From NCBI GenBank assembly GCA_047495785.1, contig JBLDXI010000024.1, positions 2,294,001-2,358,000 of the forward strand: DNA of 64,000 nt, written 5' to 3'. Positions 24,701-36,700 of the stretch are shown here, in pieces. Within the stretch, counting starts at the first letter, position 1; every line of letters starts with the position of its first letter. The notes below the pieces were generated by a model. That model worked only from the letters and a program-made list of their open reading frames with translations. It had not been told where the DNA came from and ran no database searches. The position numbers and the translations under genes are program-made. The DNA is from Lepidodermella squamata (Eukaryota > Animalia > Gastrotricha).

Positions 24701-27700
24701 CTATTCGAATTCGTGGAAGTAGTGCACCTTGATGTCTTCGATCGAGTAGAAGTAATTAGTCGCGTTGTGGGCGTCCTCGTCGAACGACCTCAGGTACTGG
24801 TTGTAGACATGCGGCACCGCGACGAATATGACAAAGGGCGATATAACGTTGCTGATGGCGAAGACGTACATGCAAATTTTATCCAGCATCAGGCAAAATC
24901 GCAGCCACTAAAAACAATAATTAGAAATAAAATAAAAAATATATATTCACATTTATCAATAAATTAATTTATAAATTTAATCAATTTATTCATTTCAGTT
25001 GTCGTAATAGAACCTTCTAATAATTTTAAATTTAAAAAATTACAGCGCGATTTTTTGAAAATACGCTTTTGAAAAGAATTGAATATTGAATAATATGACC
25101 CATGTTAGGAGAAAATTCGGGGTAAGCCGAATTTAAAAAAAGTGCAAAAAATTAATTTTAAATTTTAAATTTAATTTTCAGAAATTTTACCTCATTTCAA
25201 AAAATCATTATAACCATTTATTTTTTCGCATTCAATTTCCTATATTTTCAGACAATTAAAATATTGAAATGAAATTTTTTGAAATTTTGAAGATTTTACC
25301 TGGTCTTTGCAGACAATCAATGAAGGGCTCGATGAAGTCGCAGACGTAGAGCCGCGACTTGATCCCCTCGACGAAACCGAAGACAAACCCGGCGATGGGG
25401 TCGATGAAGACAGCGGCCTTAGCAACGACAGCGACGAGTTAGGCGCCGGGGCTGGCGACGTGATATGCGACGAAGTCAGCGTTGAATAATGATGAAACTG
25501 CCCACTACTGCCGCCAGTGTAGCCATCCATCGGGTCGTAGTATCGTTGCGGGTTGAAATTCACGGCCTTTTTAGCCGCCGCCCGCCAGCGCTGGCTGAGG
25601 ACACCACCGGGCGTTGCTATGGCAACATCTGTCAGCGGCGTCTCTGTCGTCACAGGTGTTGTCGCGGCCTCAGTCGATGGGGTCACCTCTTGCATTTCGA
25701 TTGCCATAGTCTCTGAGAGCGTTGTCTGGCGCTGGTGGCGGCGCAGTTCTCGGTAAAATTTACGCATCCTCTCCGCAACTCGGCGCTGCTTAGTCGACCC
25801 GTTGGCTAGTTGTGGCGATATCAACTTCGCCCGGCCGTTGCTCCCAGAACTTTCCGACTTGGCCATCGCCTCGTCATTCTCATCAACGTTAGGCAGGTGA
25901 GGCGAGGCTGCGTGATTGTTGTTGACCGCTATTAATTTTCTCCGACTTGGTGGCGTTCGGCGCGTGCGAACCGGCGAGTGATGCTCGATTGTCTTCTCCA
26001 CGGTCGATTTGATGTCCCAGAAGAAGAACGACTTGATGAGAACGCCGAGGGTGGGAAATGTGCATGATGATAGCAACGGCGAACTCGATACGCGGAACCA
26101 GACATGCTAAAATTTGAAAATAAATGAATTTTCTACTTATCAAATATTTCCCATTATTTTTTCTAAAGAGACGTCACGGGGTATTATTTTCTGATACAGG
26201 AATAGAGCTGATAAGGTAGCACCGATGAGCATTTTATAACTCAAAGCTTACGACAATTTGGTCAACTATACTGAGTTTAGGGGAAAATTGCACCTGCAGT
26301 AATTTCTCACTAAAATATGTGGGCATTGAGGCATATGGCATCATGATAGCGAGACAATAGGCGTGAAGTGCGTGCTTCTGTCGCTTGTCGCAATTTCATC
26401 AAACTACGTGCACACTATTGCATGCAGCCCTCGTGGCCTAATGGCAAGGCGTTGGACTTCTAATTCAAAGATTGCGGGTTCGAGTCCCGCCGGGGGTGTA
26501 ATATTTTTACTTTTACTTTATTTTTTTTATTTTTATTTTTTCATTTTCACATCGTCTCCAGAATTAAAAGTGGAATTAAATTAAGCAATTAAGAATTTTC
26601 ACCCGCTAATAAAACGCTGATTATCAACTAATCTACGTGACGCAAGTAGGGTTGTAATCGACAGAAAAGCACAAACTTCGTCTTGAAATGGGTGATTCTG
26701 GCGTGCCAATTTTTCTATATTACCGGTAGCTCTTGGGTACGGCTAACGACAGGTAAAATTTGGCTTTTATCGGGTCGTTCATTGTTGTGTAACAAAAATT
26801 GCAAATTTACACTTTTCCTTCGATGACAACCCTGAAGATGTGTAAGAGATATGACCGCTTGCCGAGCAAAAAAAGAGAGTTATTTTCGATATTTTTTAAT
26901 GCCAGAATTGAAAAGTAGAGACAATTTTTCTTGCGTATCATTGAGACCAGGAAACAAACTGTTTGCTTATCATTAGGCGTGAAGCGCGCATGAATTTTAG
27001 TGGTCGCTTGATAAAGGACGTACTGTGTGTATTTTATCGTGTGCTCCTGTAGCATAGTCGGTTATTGCGTCGTACTTATAAGCAGTGCATGCATGCAAGC
27101 TGAGTAATGCGAAGGTCGCGAGTTCGAGCCTCGCCAGGAGCAAATGTTTTGAAAAAATTCTTTTTATTTATTTTTATTTTTATTTTTAATAGTTATTTGT
27201 TTGCAAAAATAAATTTATCCAAGTATCTTGTTAGATGTATCAGTTAACGAATCTTTTAAAACTGAAGGTAATATAAAAGCAAAATTTATGAGACATTCGC
27301 TGCAGGGCTTATCACAACATGGCGCGTGAAAAATTGCAGCTGACTTCCTCGTGATTTCTCTAGTCATTCGCTTGGTCATTTACTATTGCTGAATTTTTCA
27401 ATAATCGAGTAGCCCCTGTGGCCTAATGGCAAGGCGTCGGCCTCCTAAGCCGAAGATTGCGGGTTCGAGTCCCGCCGGGGGTGCAATATTTTTTCTGAAT
27501 TTGCACGATTTTTTTAAAGGAAAATCCACATAAGGTGACTACAAAAAGTATTTCGCCCCTGGTGGGACTCGAACCCACAATCTTTGAATTAGAAGTCCAA
27601 CGCCTTGCCATTAGGCCACAAGGGCTGTTCGAATCCACCTTAATCCAGGTGTTTCAAAAATTATTTGACTTGGGCCTTTTTTGTTAGCAAAAATGAGTGC

Positions 27701-29495
27701 GCCGCCCGGGAGTCGAACCCGGGTCACAAGAATGGGAATCTTGTATGATACCGTTACACTAGCGGCGCTTCATACCATTTCATATTTTTTTTAGGATCTA
27801 GTAAGTGAGGCGGCGAGATCTTCCTTCATTTTCAAGTTTCAAAAAATGACTCACCATGTTGACAAATGTGACGATCATTGAGAACAGCATACAAGCCGTA
27901 AAAATTTCAATGTAAAGCTGCGTTAAAGAAATGCCATCTGACGATTTCGGTGTTTGAGACGTTAGCGATGATTGAATGACCGACTAGCAAAAAATTAATC
28001 AGAAATTAATTAAAAATAATAATAATAAATACCTGAGCGACGAAAATACCAGTAAGCAGTGTAATTCGAGCAGGATGCTCAACAGGGAGCGACTAAAAAT
28101 TAAAAAAAAAAATTCGTAAAAATGTAATTAAAAAATTCTAAACTCACATGTGACAAAACTTGCATAATCGAAATAAGGGCGCACGGGAACACGTATAGCG
28201 TGATGTAGTGTAGCGTTCTCCTCCGAACGTGAAAGACAAATCGCATGGTAGAAAATTCGAAGCCGTCATAAAACGCCTTGCCGGAAACAGCGTCTACCCT
28301 ATCAAGATCCCACTGGTGATTTCGATAAAAGTCTTTCACGTCGATAGGGTCGACTGGCCACAGCACGAGTTCGATCCATTCGATGGGGTACGTCCATGAT
28401 TCGAACTGCATTTCACACACCTGCCGGTCGAACGGGAAGAAGGTCAGCGAAATTTTGCATTTCGTCGAAAAACGGCCGGATGGATAAAAGCCGACTGAGC
28501 CGAGATGTGACACTTCAACGAATGAAGTTCGATTTGTAATATAAGGCTCGGCACTATTTATGAGCGCGACATCAGGTAACCTGATCAAATTAAAATTATT
28601 GAAAAATTAAAATTATTAATTTATTAAAAATTATTAAAAATTGAAAAAATAATCAGAAAATTACGAATAAATTACCAAATTTCCGAGCTTGGTAAAACGA
28701 GTGAGGTAAGATTGCCGAACTTCGCGGGATCCCACTGCAAATATTCATCGATCCATTTCAGCTTGACACAACCAGATGTGACCATGGGGTCTTGATTTTC
28801 GAGCTGTTAATCAATTTCAAGTCATAATTATTTTTAAATTTTTTTATAAATTTTTGTTTACAATTTCGTCGACGGACATGATGCAAATTCCAAGAGATAT
28901 AAACAGCCGTTCGTGGTGGTTCATTTTCGGCCTCACCGTTTTTCGATAACGACCGGGCTTAAATAAATATCGGTATCTAAATTATAAAAATTAAGTAGGT
29001 ATAAATCGGAAAAAATTTCGATTTTTCTTACAATCGATGTTCAGCCGATGATGGTTTTTTGTTACTCGTTGATTTGCCGTTCGCCCCACCAGCCCGGCTT
29101 GAGTTCAAATTGCGCCGGCTCTGGCCCCATCCGAATAGGAAAGCATCGTCCGATAGCCGATCGCCCATTTCAGCTAAATAATAAGGAGGATAATTTTCTT
29201 GGTTTTGATTATTTTCTAGCCACTGATTTCGCTCATCACCCGACGGTCCGATTAACAAGAGATGTCCCGCCAAAACAGGTGCGCAATAAAAAAGTTTTGG
29301 CGAGAAGCAAAAAATTACGAAAATCGTAAAATATTTCATTTGCGAGAATTTTCTAGTAAAAGCTATTTTTTAGTACTCACGCGAAACAGAGTCATCGTCG
29401 TCGAAAATTTCCGATTCCCTAATTGGTTGTGATGAGGAGAGGGCGAGCAGGAGGCCGAGTGCGGCGGGCCAAATTAACACCGGCGGTTTTTTCAT
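24701..29495 (-). CDS. Cys-loop ligand-gated ion channel, nAChR-like non-alpha subunit with a PAR motif before M2
   Basis: Signal peptide, WIDEYLQWDP..FG, IWLPDV.L.NSA, Cys-loop CKISLTFFPFDRQVC, FESWTY, M1-M3 exons, long M3-M4 loop, M4 LDKICMYVF. No vicinal Cys pair in loop C. Confidence 0.9.
26427..26498 (+). tRNA. tRNA-Arg(TCT), mosaic variant
   Basis: TCT-type anticodon arm combined with the CCT-type T arm and 3' acceptor strand. Confidence 0.88.
27043..27142 (+). tRNA. tRNA-Ile(TAT), intron-containing
   Basis: Matches the reverse complement of 8058-8157. Confidence 0.92.
27412..27483 (+). tRNA. tRNA-Arg(CCT)
   Basis: TCGGC-CT-CCT-AA-GCCGA anticodon arm and full cloverleaf. Confidence 0.92.
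27554..27625 (-). tRNA. tRNA-Arg(TCT)
   Basis: Reverse complement of 7773-7844. Confidence 0.92.
27698..27768 (-). tRNA. tRNA-Gly(CCC)
   Basis: Reverse complement of 7631-7701. Confidence 0.95.
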
Positions 29496-31310
29496 TGCGG
29501 GCCTGATGGTAGTGGCATGATGTTTCGCGTCAATTTGAAACTAATTTGCGATAAATTTGTCAGCCAGCATTTTTTTGAGAAAATAATCTAAAATTAAATT
29601 ATAAAAAATAATATAAATTATTAATAAACAAAATTCCTTATTTAATGCTGAAATGACGCCTATAAAATTGCCCGAAGGCGTTGATACTGCTGCGTCGAAT
29701 AATCGGATTATCCTGATAATTGGATGAGCTGATTGATAATGATCTAGCAAGCAGGCATACTATATACTTGAATTTGTCTCGGGCCGTCTTTCTAATCGAA
29801 CGTGCTCAGAAAAGTGAGACAACATTATAGCTATACATTCTTTATATATAAGTCTTCGTAAAGCAAGCGTGTGAATGACACACCTGAGTGCTAAAACTTC
29901 CGGGCAAATCAAATCGACATATACTTCATATAATAATGCACGAAGCCATGTGTAAATTTTTATTATTAATTATGTAAACAAAAGGCAATAATGTTGTCGG
30001 CATGGAATTATACTCATGTATAGTAAAACTTGAATTTTACTGGTGGGAATTTTACAGCGCGCGTAAAGAAAAAAATGAAGCGAAAATCAATAGCTATTTG
30101 TCAAAGTGCGACGAGAAGCACCTGCTCGTAATATGCAAATGAGAAATTTATTACACGACACCTTTCAAGTAATTGAATGCGCATTCAATGCACAAAAAGT
30201 CAGATGAATAGCGCCCCCACAAAACATGGAAATCCGAAATTATCTCGCCATATTATATGCCTCAAGGCTGGCCCTATTGATCGAAATATAGACAGTAAAG
30301 GCTAATGTAGACAGGTAGCGTAAAACCAACTCGTGTTGACCACAATGAAGAGGCTCAGCGCGGCAATTAGCGCGGATTGTCCCACGATGTTTACCTTCCT
30401 TAATATTATATCGCGCTACCGTGGCAATATTACCAAACCAGGTAGCTTCGCTTATATGACGGAAATCAAAAGGAACGCGTGGATACAAACATCAAATAAT
30501 AAGCCGTTTCTTGTTGTTGTTCGACGCTATAGCTAGGTCAACAAAGTGCGCGGCATATTTTTTATTGGTGCCTAGACATAAAAAATTATTTCCGTGCGGG
30601 TGGAATCCATTTTTCAATTATAGCATATCTCTGGGTCAAAAAATTTGAAATTTATCACGTGCATCGAGCCATATGCCTATCGATACGTCTAATCTTGCGC
30701 TATCAAGTGATACGGATCCTTTAGAACGTGAAAAAATTCAAAATTTACTTATCAAAGAGCTACTTTATTGTGACAAAAATCAGTGAAAGCTCAACGGACC
30801 ATGTTGTGATGTACTTAACTGTATAAACTTTGCGCGGTTGTAAAAAAATATAAATGTAATATAACAAAGTAGCAAGGAGAGTGTATTATTTTGTAGAGAA
30901 AGCGCGCGGTGCTGCCGCGCGGGATTTGCCCGAGCGTTTCTTAGTCATCGCGGGTATAGTCTATAAAAAGATATTAAAGCATTACTCTCGCCCGATTTGA
31001 GCGCGGCCTTAAGCCGTGCGAAAGGCACTGGGCAATAAAAATAGATACAAGGATCAAATCAGCTGAAAAACAAGCGTTCCAGTTCCCACAAGTCCCTAAA
31101 GCATAATAGTGCTAATTTTGCGGTAATTCAGTTTCACCGGATATGAAGGAATAAACAATAAACCAATAATTTTGCCGATTTATCACAACAAGACTCTTTG
31201 AATTTTAGTTTTATAGATTAAATGCGGCTCAAGATATTTTTTTGAAAAATTCTAAAAATTCATTCTGAAAATTATAAAAATTTCAAGTAAAATGGTTAGT
31301 AATTAATAAC

Positions 31311-31496
31311 CAGTGCTATTGTTCAGCGCCGTACTCGGGCCGCCGGGCTCGTGCCTCTGGAATCCGGCCGTCGGGCTTGGGTTGCTGGGCTTGGGTCATC
31401 CTACAACCAACGCCCAACCCGATAACTGCGCATTAAGTCCCGGCCCAAACCCGGTGGCCCGAGTACGGCGCGCGCGAGTGCCTAACAACAGCACTG
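31311..31496. mobile_element. GC-rich palindromic MITE-like element, with a degenerate second copy following to ~31690
   Basis: Termini CAGTGCTATTGTT / AACAACAGCACTG; internal inverted pair GCCGTACTCGGGCC / GGCCCGAGTACGGC. No TSD recognised. Confidence 0.55.
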
Positions 31497-31825
31497 GTTC
31501 CTATTGTTCTCCGCCGCGCTCGGGCCAACACCTTGGCCGGCCCGTGTGCGGTGAAGCGTGATTCCTTCGAATTTGTTAAATTTACAGTAAATGTCGCATA
31601 CGGGCACGCTATAGACTGGCCCGAGCGCGGAGTGGTAGAGTGCTGTTACCCGGTCGCATACGGGCCGAAATCGGGCTCGGGCCCCAACAAAACGACGCGG
31701 AAAACGTCCTGCCTTATAGCTCACACAATTCCACGCACTCACTCGCGCTTTCCACGGCTTTCGGTCGCGATTTGGTTGTGCAACCGCGCACACAGCACGA
31801 CTTTCCTTTGAAACTTTGACTTTCC

Positions 31826-32283
31826 TTGATTTTCTGCTCACAAATACTAGAAGCGGCCCTCTATCTAAGGATACCAGGCACACATAGTGTTCCCTTATGG
31901 ATAATTTAATAAAATTCGCCAAAAAGTGCTATATTTGTATGATATAACATGAGTAGGAATCTATATTTGAGAGAAGCACGAAATATAGATCGAGTAAAAC
32001 GAATGAAACGAGTGAAATCGAGGCGGAACGAGCCGGCAGGCGAGTGGAGACGAGATTTCACGAGGTGAATGTGTTTTACGAGATCTATACGAGTGCTTCA
32101 CGAAAATATAGGTTTCTACGAATGTTGTATCGTAAAATATTACACGTGTCTATATTTTTCGCACCGCAAAATAATAAATAATAAAAAATCCAACTTAAAA
32201 TTTCATCGAAATTTCATCGCACTATGTGTGCCTGGTATCCTTAGATAGAGGGCCGCTTCTAGTATTTGTGAGCAGAAAATCAA
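31826..32283. repeat. 64-bp perfect inverted repeat flanking a palindromic element
   Basis: 31826-31889 is the reverse complement of 32220-32283. The spacer holds a hairpin element related to 37175-37331. Confidence 0.85.
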
Positions 32284-33771
32284 AAATTTAAAAAGAGGTA
32301 CCTGCCGCTTTTTCAATTTTTGAAATTAATTAAAATTATAATGGGCGGATAGGGCGTTGGGTGGCATAAAAAGTGGTCGCGTGCCGCCCTTTTTGCAATA
32401 ACAGCTCGAATAAATTCACTATGGAAAGATCGTTAGTTTCCTATCTGTTACAGTGTTGTCTATGCCGCGCGGTTTCCATCGTTTTCCACGGCTTTCTACG
32501 ACTACCCACCACCATCCATGGCTTTTCATAAAATCCTTCCGCTTTCCAAAATGACGTTTAATTCGGCCTCATTTCTTGGTCAAAAACTTGCATAGGTAGT
32601 CTCAAATTATTTACTGATCTCAAATGGCGATGTAGTAGTAAGTGGCGAGTTAAAGTGTGTCTGTTTTTATGTTAACCGATTTAAACCGATAGGACAAGCC
32701 GTGAGTCATCGCTGTTTCCGGAAAAGCTACTCAACCGCCGTTTCAACACATTTCAGTCGATTTTCGGGTTAACTGTTTTCGGGGAAAATGTTTCAGCTAA
32801 TCCGTTTTCGGGGAAAGTTTTTCGGGGGCACGGGAATAAATCCTTATCGAGACTCGGGCTGTCTCATGAATTCATCCCCAAAATGAATGAAAATAGATGG
32901 ATTTGCATGAATAAACGAATACAACAACGAGAATTATTAATTCAGGAAATTCCATTTTATGCAGATAAATAACCGACAGTCATGGACATTTTGCCAGTCA
33001 CTCCTGGATCTAAAAAATTAGGCCAATTAGCTGTTGTTTTATATAATAATTATTTGAATGTGGAAAAATCTGTTTAAAATTCGATTTTCCGAAAAGCAAA
33101 CTATAAAATTATGGGACAAAGCCTTCCGCTACAAATCTAAAGCGTTGAAAAAATAACAATAATTTTTACGCTCAAAGCGCGCGATCGTCTCAATCGCTAG
33201 TCGGTATGCTATAGCGAGAAAGAAAAATATTTCCGATTGAAATTTGTCTGAGCTGTACGCAACCTCTTTGTATTAATTTATTTATGGTTTTAGTCACATG
33301 CAATCACATGCATCAACATTCACTTTTTAAGGTTATACCAATATGGCCTACCAATTTCTAAATGGTGGAATAGTCTTTGAGCAAAAATATTGATAACAGG
33401 CGATCAAAACTTAAGGTAGGTATTATTTATAATGCAAGTTTCTCAAACATTTTCATCAAATAAATTAGGATGAGCGGGTCCAAGACTTGGAGTTGAGCAA
33501 AGTTCTGCTTTTTAGCTAAACACCTTGATAGCATTGGTTTGGATCCGAGTATGGCGGCGACTGGCCATCGGAGACCTGAAAAAAGACATTTTTGAAATCT
33601 CAAGGCTTCAGACTTCACCGCGGCAAAAAAACCTCGGATGGCGCGCGGCAGCCGAAATCGGCACGTCGACAATCGGCAAACGGCTTGTTCATAGCATTCC
33701 GATAACAGCGAACGTATTTCTGCGAGGGCAAAACCGTAACTTTATTTATAGTATATAGGCATCTCTGAAAT

Positions 33772-36700
33772 TCAGTAAGTGGCATATACCCAATTAAGGT
33801 CAGCTCGATGGTTGCAGGCGAGGAGATTGCGACCAAAATACGCGAAACCATTGTACAGCGGCGACTAAGAAATTGTTGCAAAGCGATAAAGTTTGATTTT
33901 CAGATAAAAATTCCTTACGATTTTTGTTTCATTTGCCAGGCAGCCTTGGTCGCCAGCAATGCATCGGAAAGTTGAGCCGCTGACGCATTTTCTTACGTTC
34001 TGAAACATGACATTTTAGGTGGGATTTATTAGCAATTGGGAAATCAACTCACGCCTTTATCACAGGTGTCAGTATAACGAGCTTTCCATTCCTTGAATGG
34101 AGTTTCGCCTTCACGGCAGTACGGCCTACAGGCTTCGAATTGGCCACTTTTCGTATTGATGCATCGATAAACCAATTTAGCTAGCGAATAAATAAAATCA
34201 TATCAGCGCAGATGAAAGTAGATTTTCCAAGTTGGAATTTCTTGTGTTGAGAATAGACAAGCCCTCGGTTTCGAACAACAATTGCCTGAAGAAAAATCCC
34301 TGTCATACTTATCGAAATGCGAACTGAACCTCTTGATCAAGCAACTGAAATGATTCGAGCTAGGAACGTTAAGGAAATGCCAGCGGACTTGATTTTGGAT
34401 TTAAAAACAATGGTTAGGCACTGAATTAAATGAAATTTGGTACTGCCGTACGATTTTCCCACAATAATTGTAATAAAATGAAATAGCAAAATTAGAATTT
34501 TATAAAATGTATGGAATAAACACTACGGATTACTTGTAGGGAAAGGATTCCCTTTCTAATTTTGGAAAAGACAACTTTTCTGGCTCAATTTTGATAGAAA
34601 AATTGTTTTTCTGACATTTTAAAACAATTTGCGAATACGGTATAACTCTCGATTCGCTGGTACAAACCCACACGAATTTCTGTAGCACCCCGCGGTAAAA
34701 TAATTACCGCAAAAAGGAGAATTGTACCGAAAATCTAGTGATTATTGAATCATAATATTGCTAGATGAAGCCGATTTGCTGAAAAATGTTGCGTCTGCGT
34801 TGCAGGTATTATTGCAAAAGTTGGAAGAAAGAAATAATGTCCTCAACTTACTACAGCTTTTGACGCTGTCGGCGCCTTGGCATGTGGCAAAAGCGCCATT
34901 AGAATCCAGGCACTGCAAATCAGTGTTCCCCGAACTTCTGCACGCATTTCCGGCCGCATCGAAATCGCCTCTCGGTACCCAAATGTAATTAACTGAATTC
35001 GTGGTATTCCACCGTGAACAAGTTTCGCCCGTAGTGGTTTTCGAAAGCGAGCCTTCGTAGTCGACTAAGTTCTGCGTGATTGCGCATTCCCGGTTCAATT
35101 CGGTCGCTTTTACGCCTGGGCACGTTGCGTAAACTGTGACTGTGGCGCTCCCGCCTGGTTTAGGGAGGTTGAAGAATACCAAGGCTTGATTCTTGTTTGT
35201 CACGAAAACGCGTCCGGAAAATAAGGTGACCTGGCAGAACCTAAATTTGACAATGCAAAGCTTCAACTGCACGTCGCTCTGTCACAGCCAACGTTACCTG
35301 AATCCAGGATAACCCTCGGGTCCTAGATCTCTGATGAGAATAAAGTTCAGACAATCCAAGTAATCTACAAAACATTATGCGTGGTTGTTTCAAGTAAAAA
35401 ACAGGTATAATCCCTTACATAAATATTCCAGTCGTCGTGGCCGTTCTGGGAAACCAAACACTAGTCCACTTGTGTTACCCTAGCAGCTAAAAGTAGAAGT
35501 AAGGTCGACAAGGAAAATATTCCTACTGTTTTAACAATCCATGAACAGCTCGAATTTTTATTGCTAGGGCTAGCAATGTCAAGTGTAGTACAAGGCGGAA
35601 CGTAGATTTCACCGACACAGCCGTTTGCTGGATCCTTCGGGTACGAAATGTCGCAAAAATCGCCGCCGAGGCCAGGCGGACACACGCATTTTGTGCAGTT
35701 GACGCTCGGATTAGGATAGCCCCCATTTTTGCATGAAATTGACGGGTTTTTGCACGGAGCTGAGTCTGCCAAAATAATACACAGAGATATTCATTTTGTG
35801 TATAATACAGCGTGTCCCATAAAAAGTAACGCAAACAAAGAGAACTACCTCCACTTGCGCATTTCCCATGTGTGCATTATATGTTGTTAAATTTTGTATC
35901 ACTAGCGACTAGCGCATTTATATTCAAATTATGAGGTTGGCTCAGTTATTAGCATAGCATAGCATTTTCTTTATTTTACCTTTTCCTTCATTAATCAACA
36001 ATAACATAACAATAACAATTGAGTACGTGTACAGAGACGAATAAAAAATGAGAAGGTAAAAATCACTCCGGTGTACCCAATTCGCCGGTGAAGGAGTAAC
36101 TCCCTACAAAATTGACTCCAGGAGTTCATTTTTGCTAGTAAGTATCAACTCCGAGGAGTTTTTAGCGCCTAGTGAAGGAACACTCCTACCAGGAAATTAT
36201 GATACGGGTCAATTAAATATAGCATCGTGTTCTTACATTTCGCTTTGAGTGAGCGATTCATATTTTTTCATATTTAAAACATCGACATGGATATAACAAT
36301 ATTTTTTTCTGCGATGAAAGCGAATCAGCCGCAGTCTGGCAAGTTCCATCCTCTAGCTCTGGCTCTCGTATCTCTCCTGATTCTTTCGTTGCCGAATGGC
36401 TCGATTTAGGAGACGCGCGTCGCAATTGTTGCTCATCCTCGAATCGGTCAACTGGATCGCATCCGTGTAATATCTGTCAGACGGTGCAAACCCAGGCCGG
36501 TGTTTCTTCAGGCCGAAGTGCTCGCCCCATTTTACGGATCTTTCGAGTAGTTTATCTGGTTCGTGTGAATTTTCCCCCAAAATTCTGCCCGCTTTTAATT
36601 CAGAATTTTTGTTTCTTAATAAATTGCGTTGCGAAAACTGTTTCCCAGTGTTTCGGCCGTTAAATTTACAATTTTAACGAATGTTTGAAGGTAGAACTAG

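Noticed and set aside
7773-27625. AGA/AGG codon reassignment suggested by atypical, amplified tRNA(TCT/CCT) genes
   Set aside because: AGA and AGG occupy conserved Arg positions where paralogues use CGN (EPRYP in protease copy 4, QRL in sulfotransferase 2, RGR in the LamG exon).
31313-31922. GC-rich ORFs as protein-coding genes
   Set aside because: They coincide with palindromic MITE-like repeats and show no protein motifs or splice structure.
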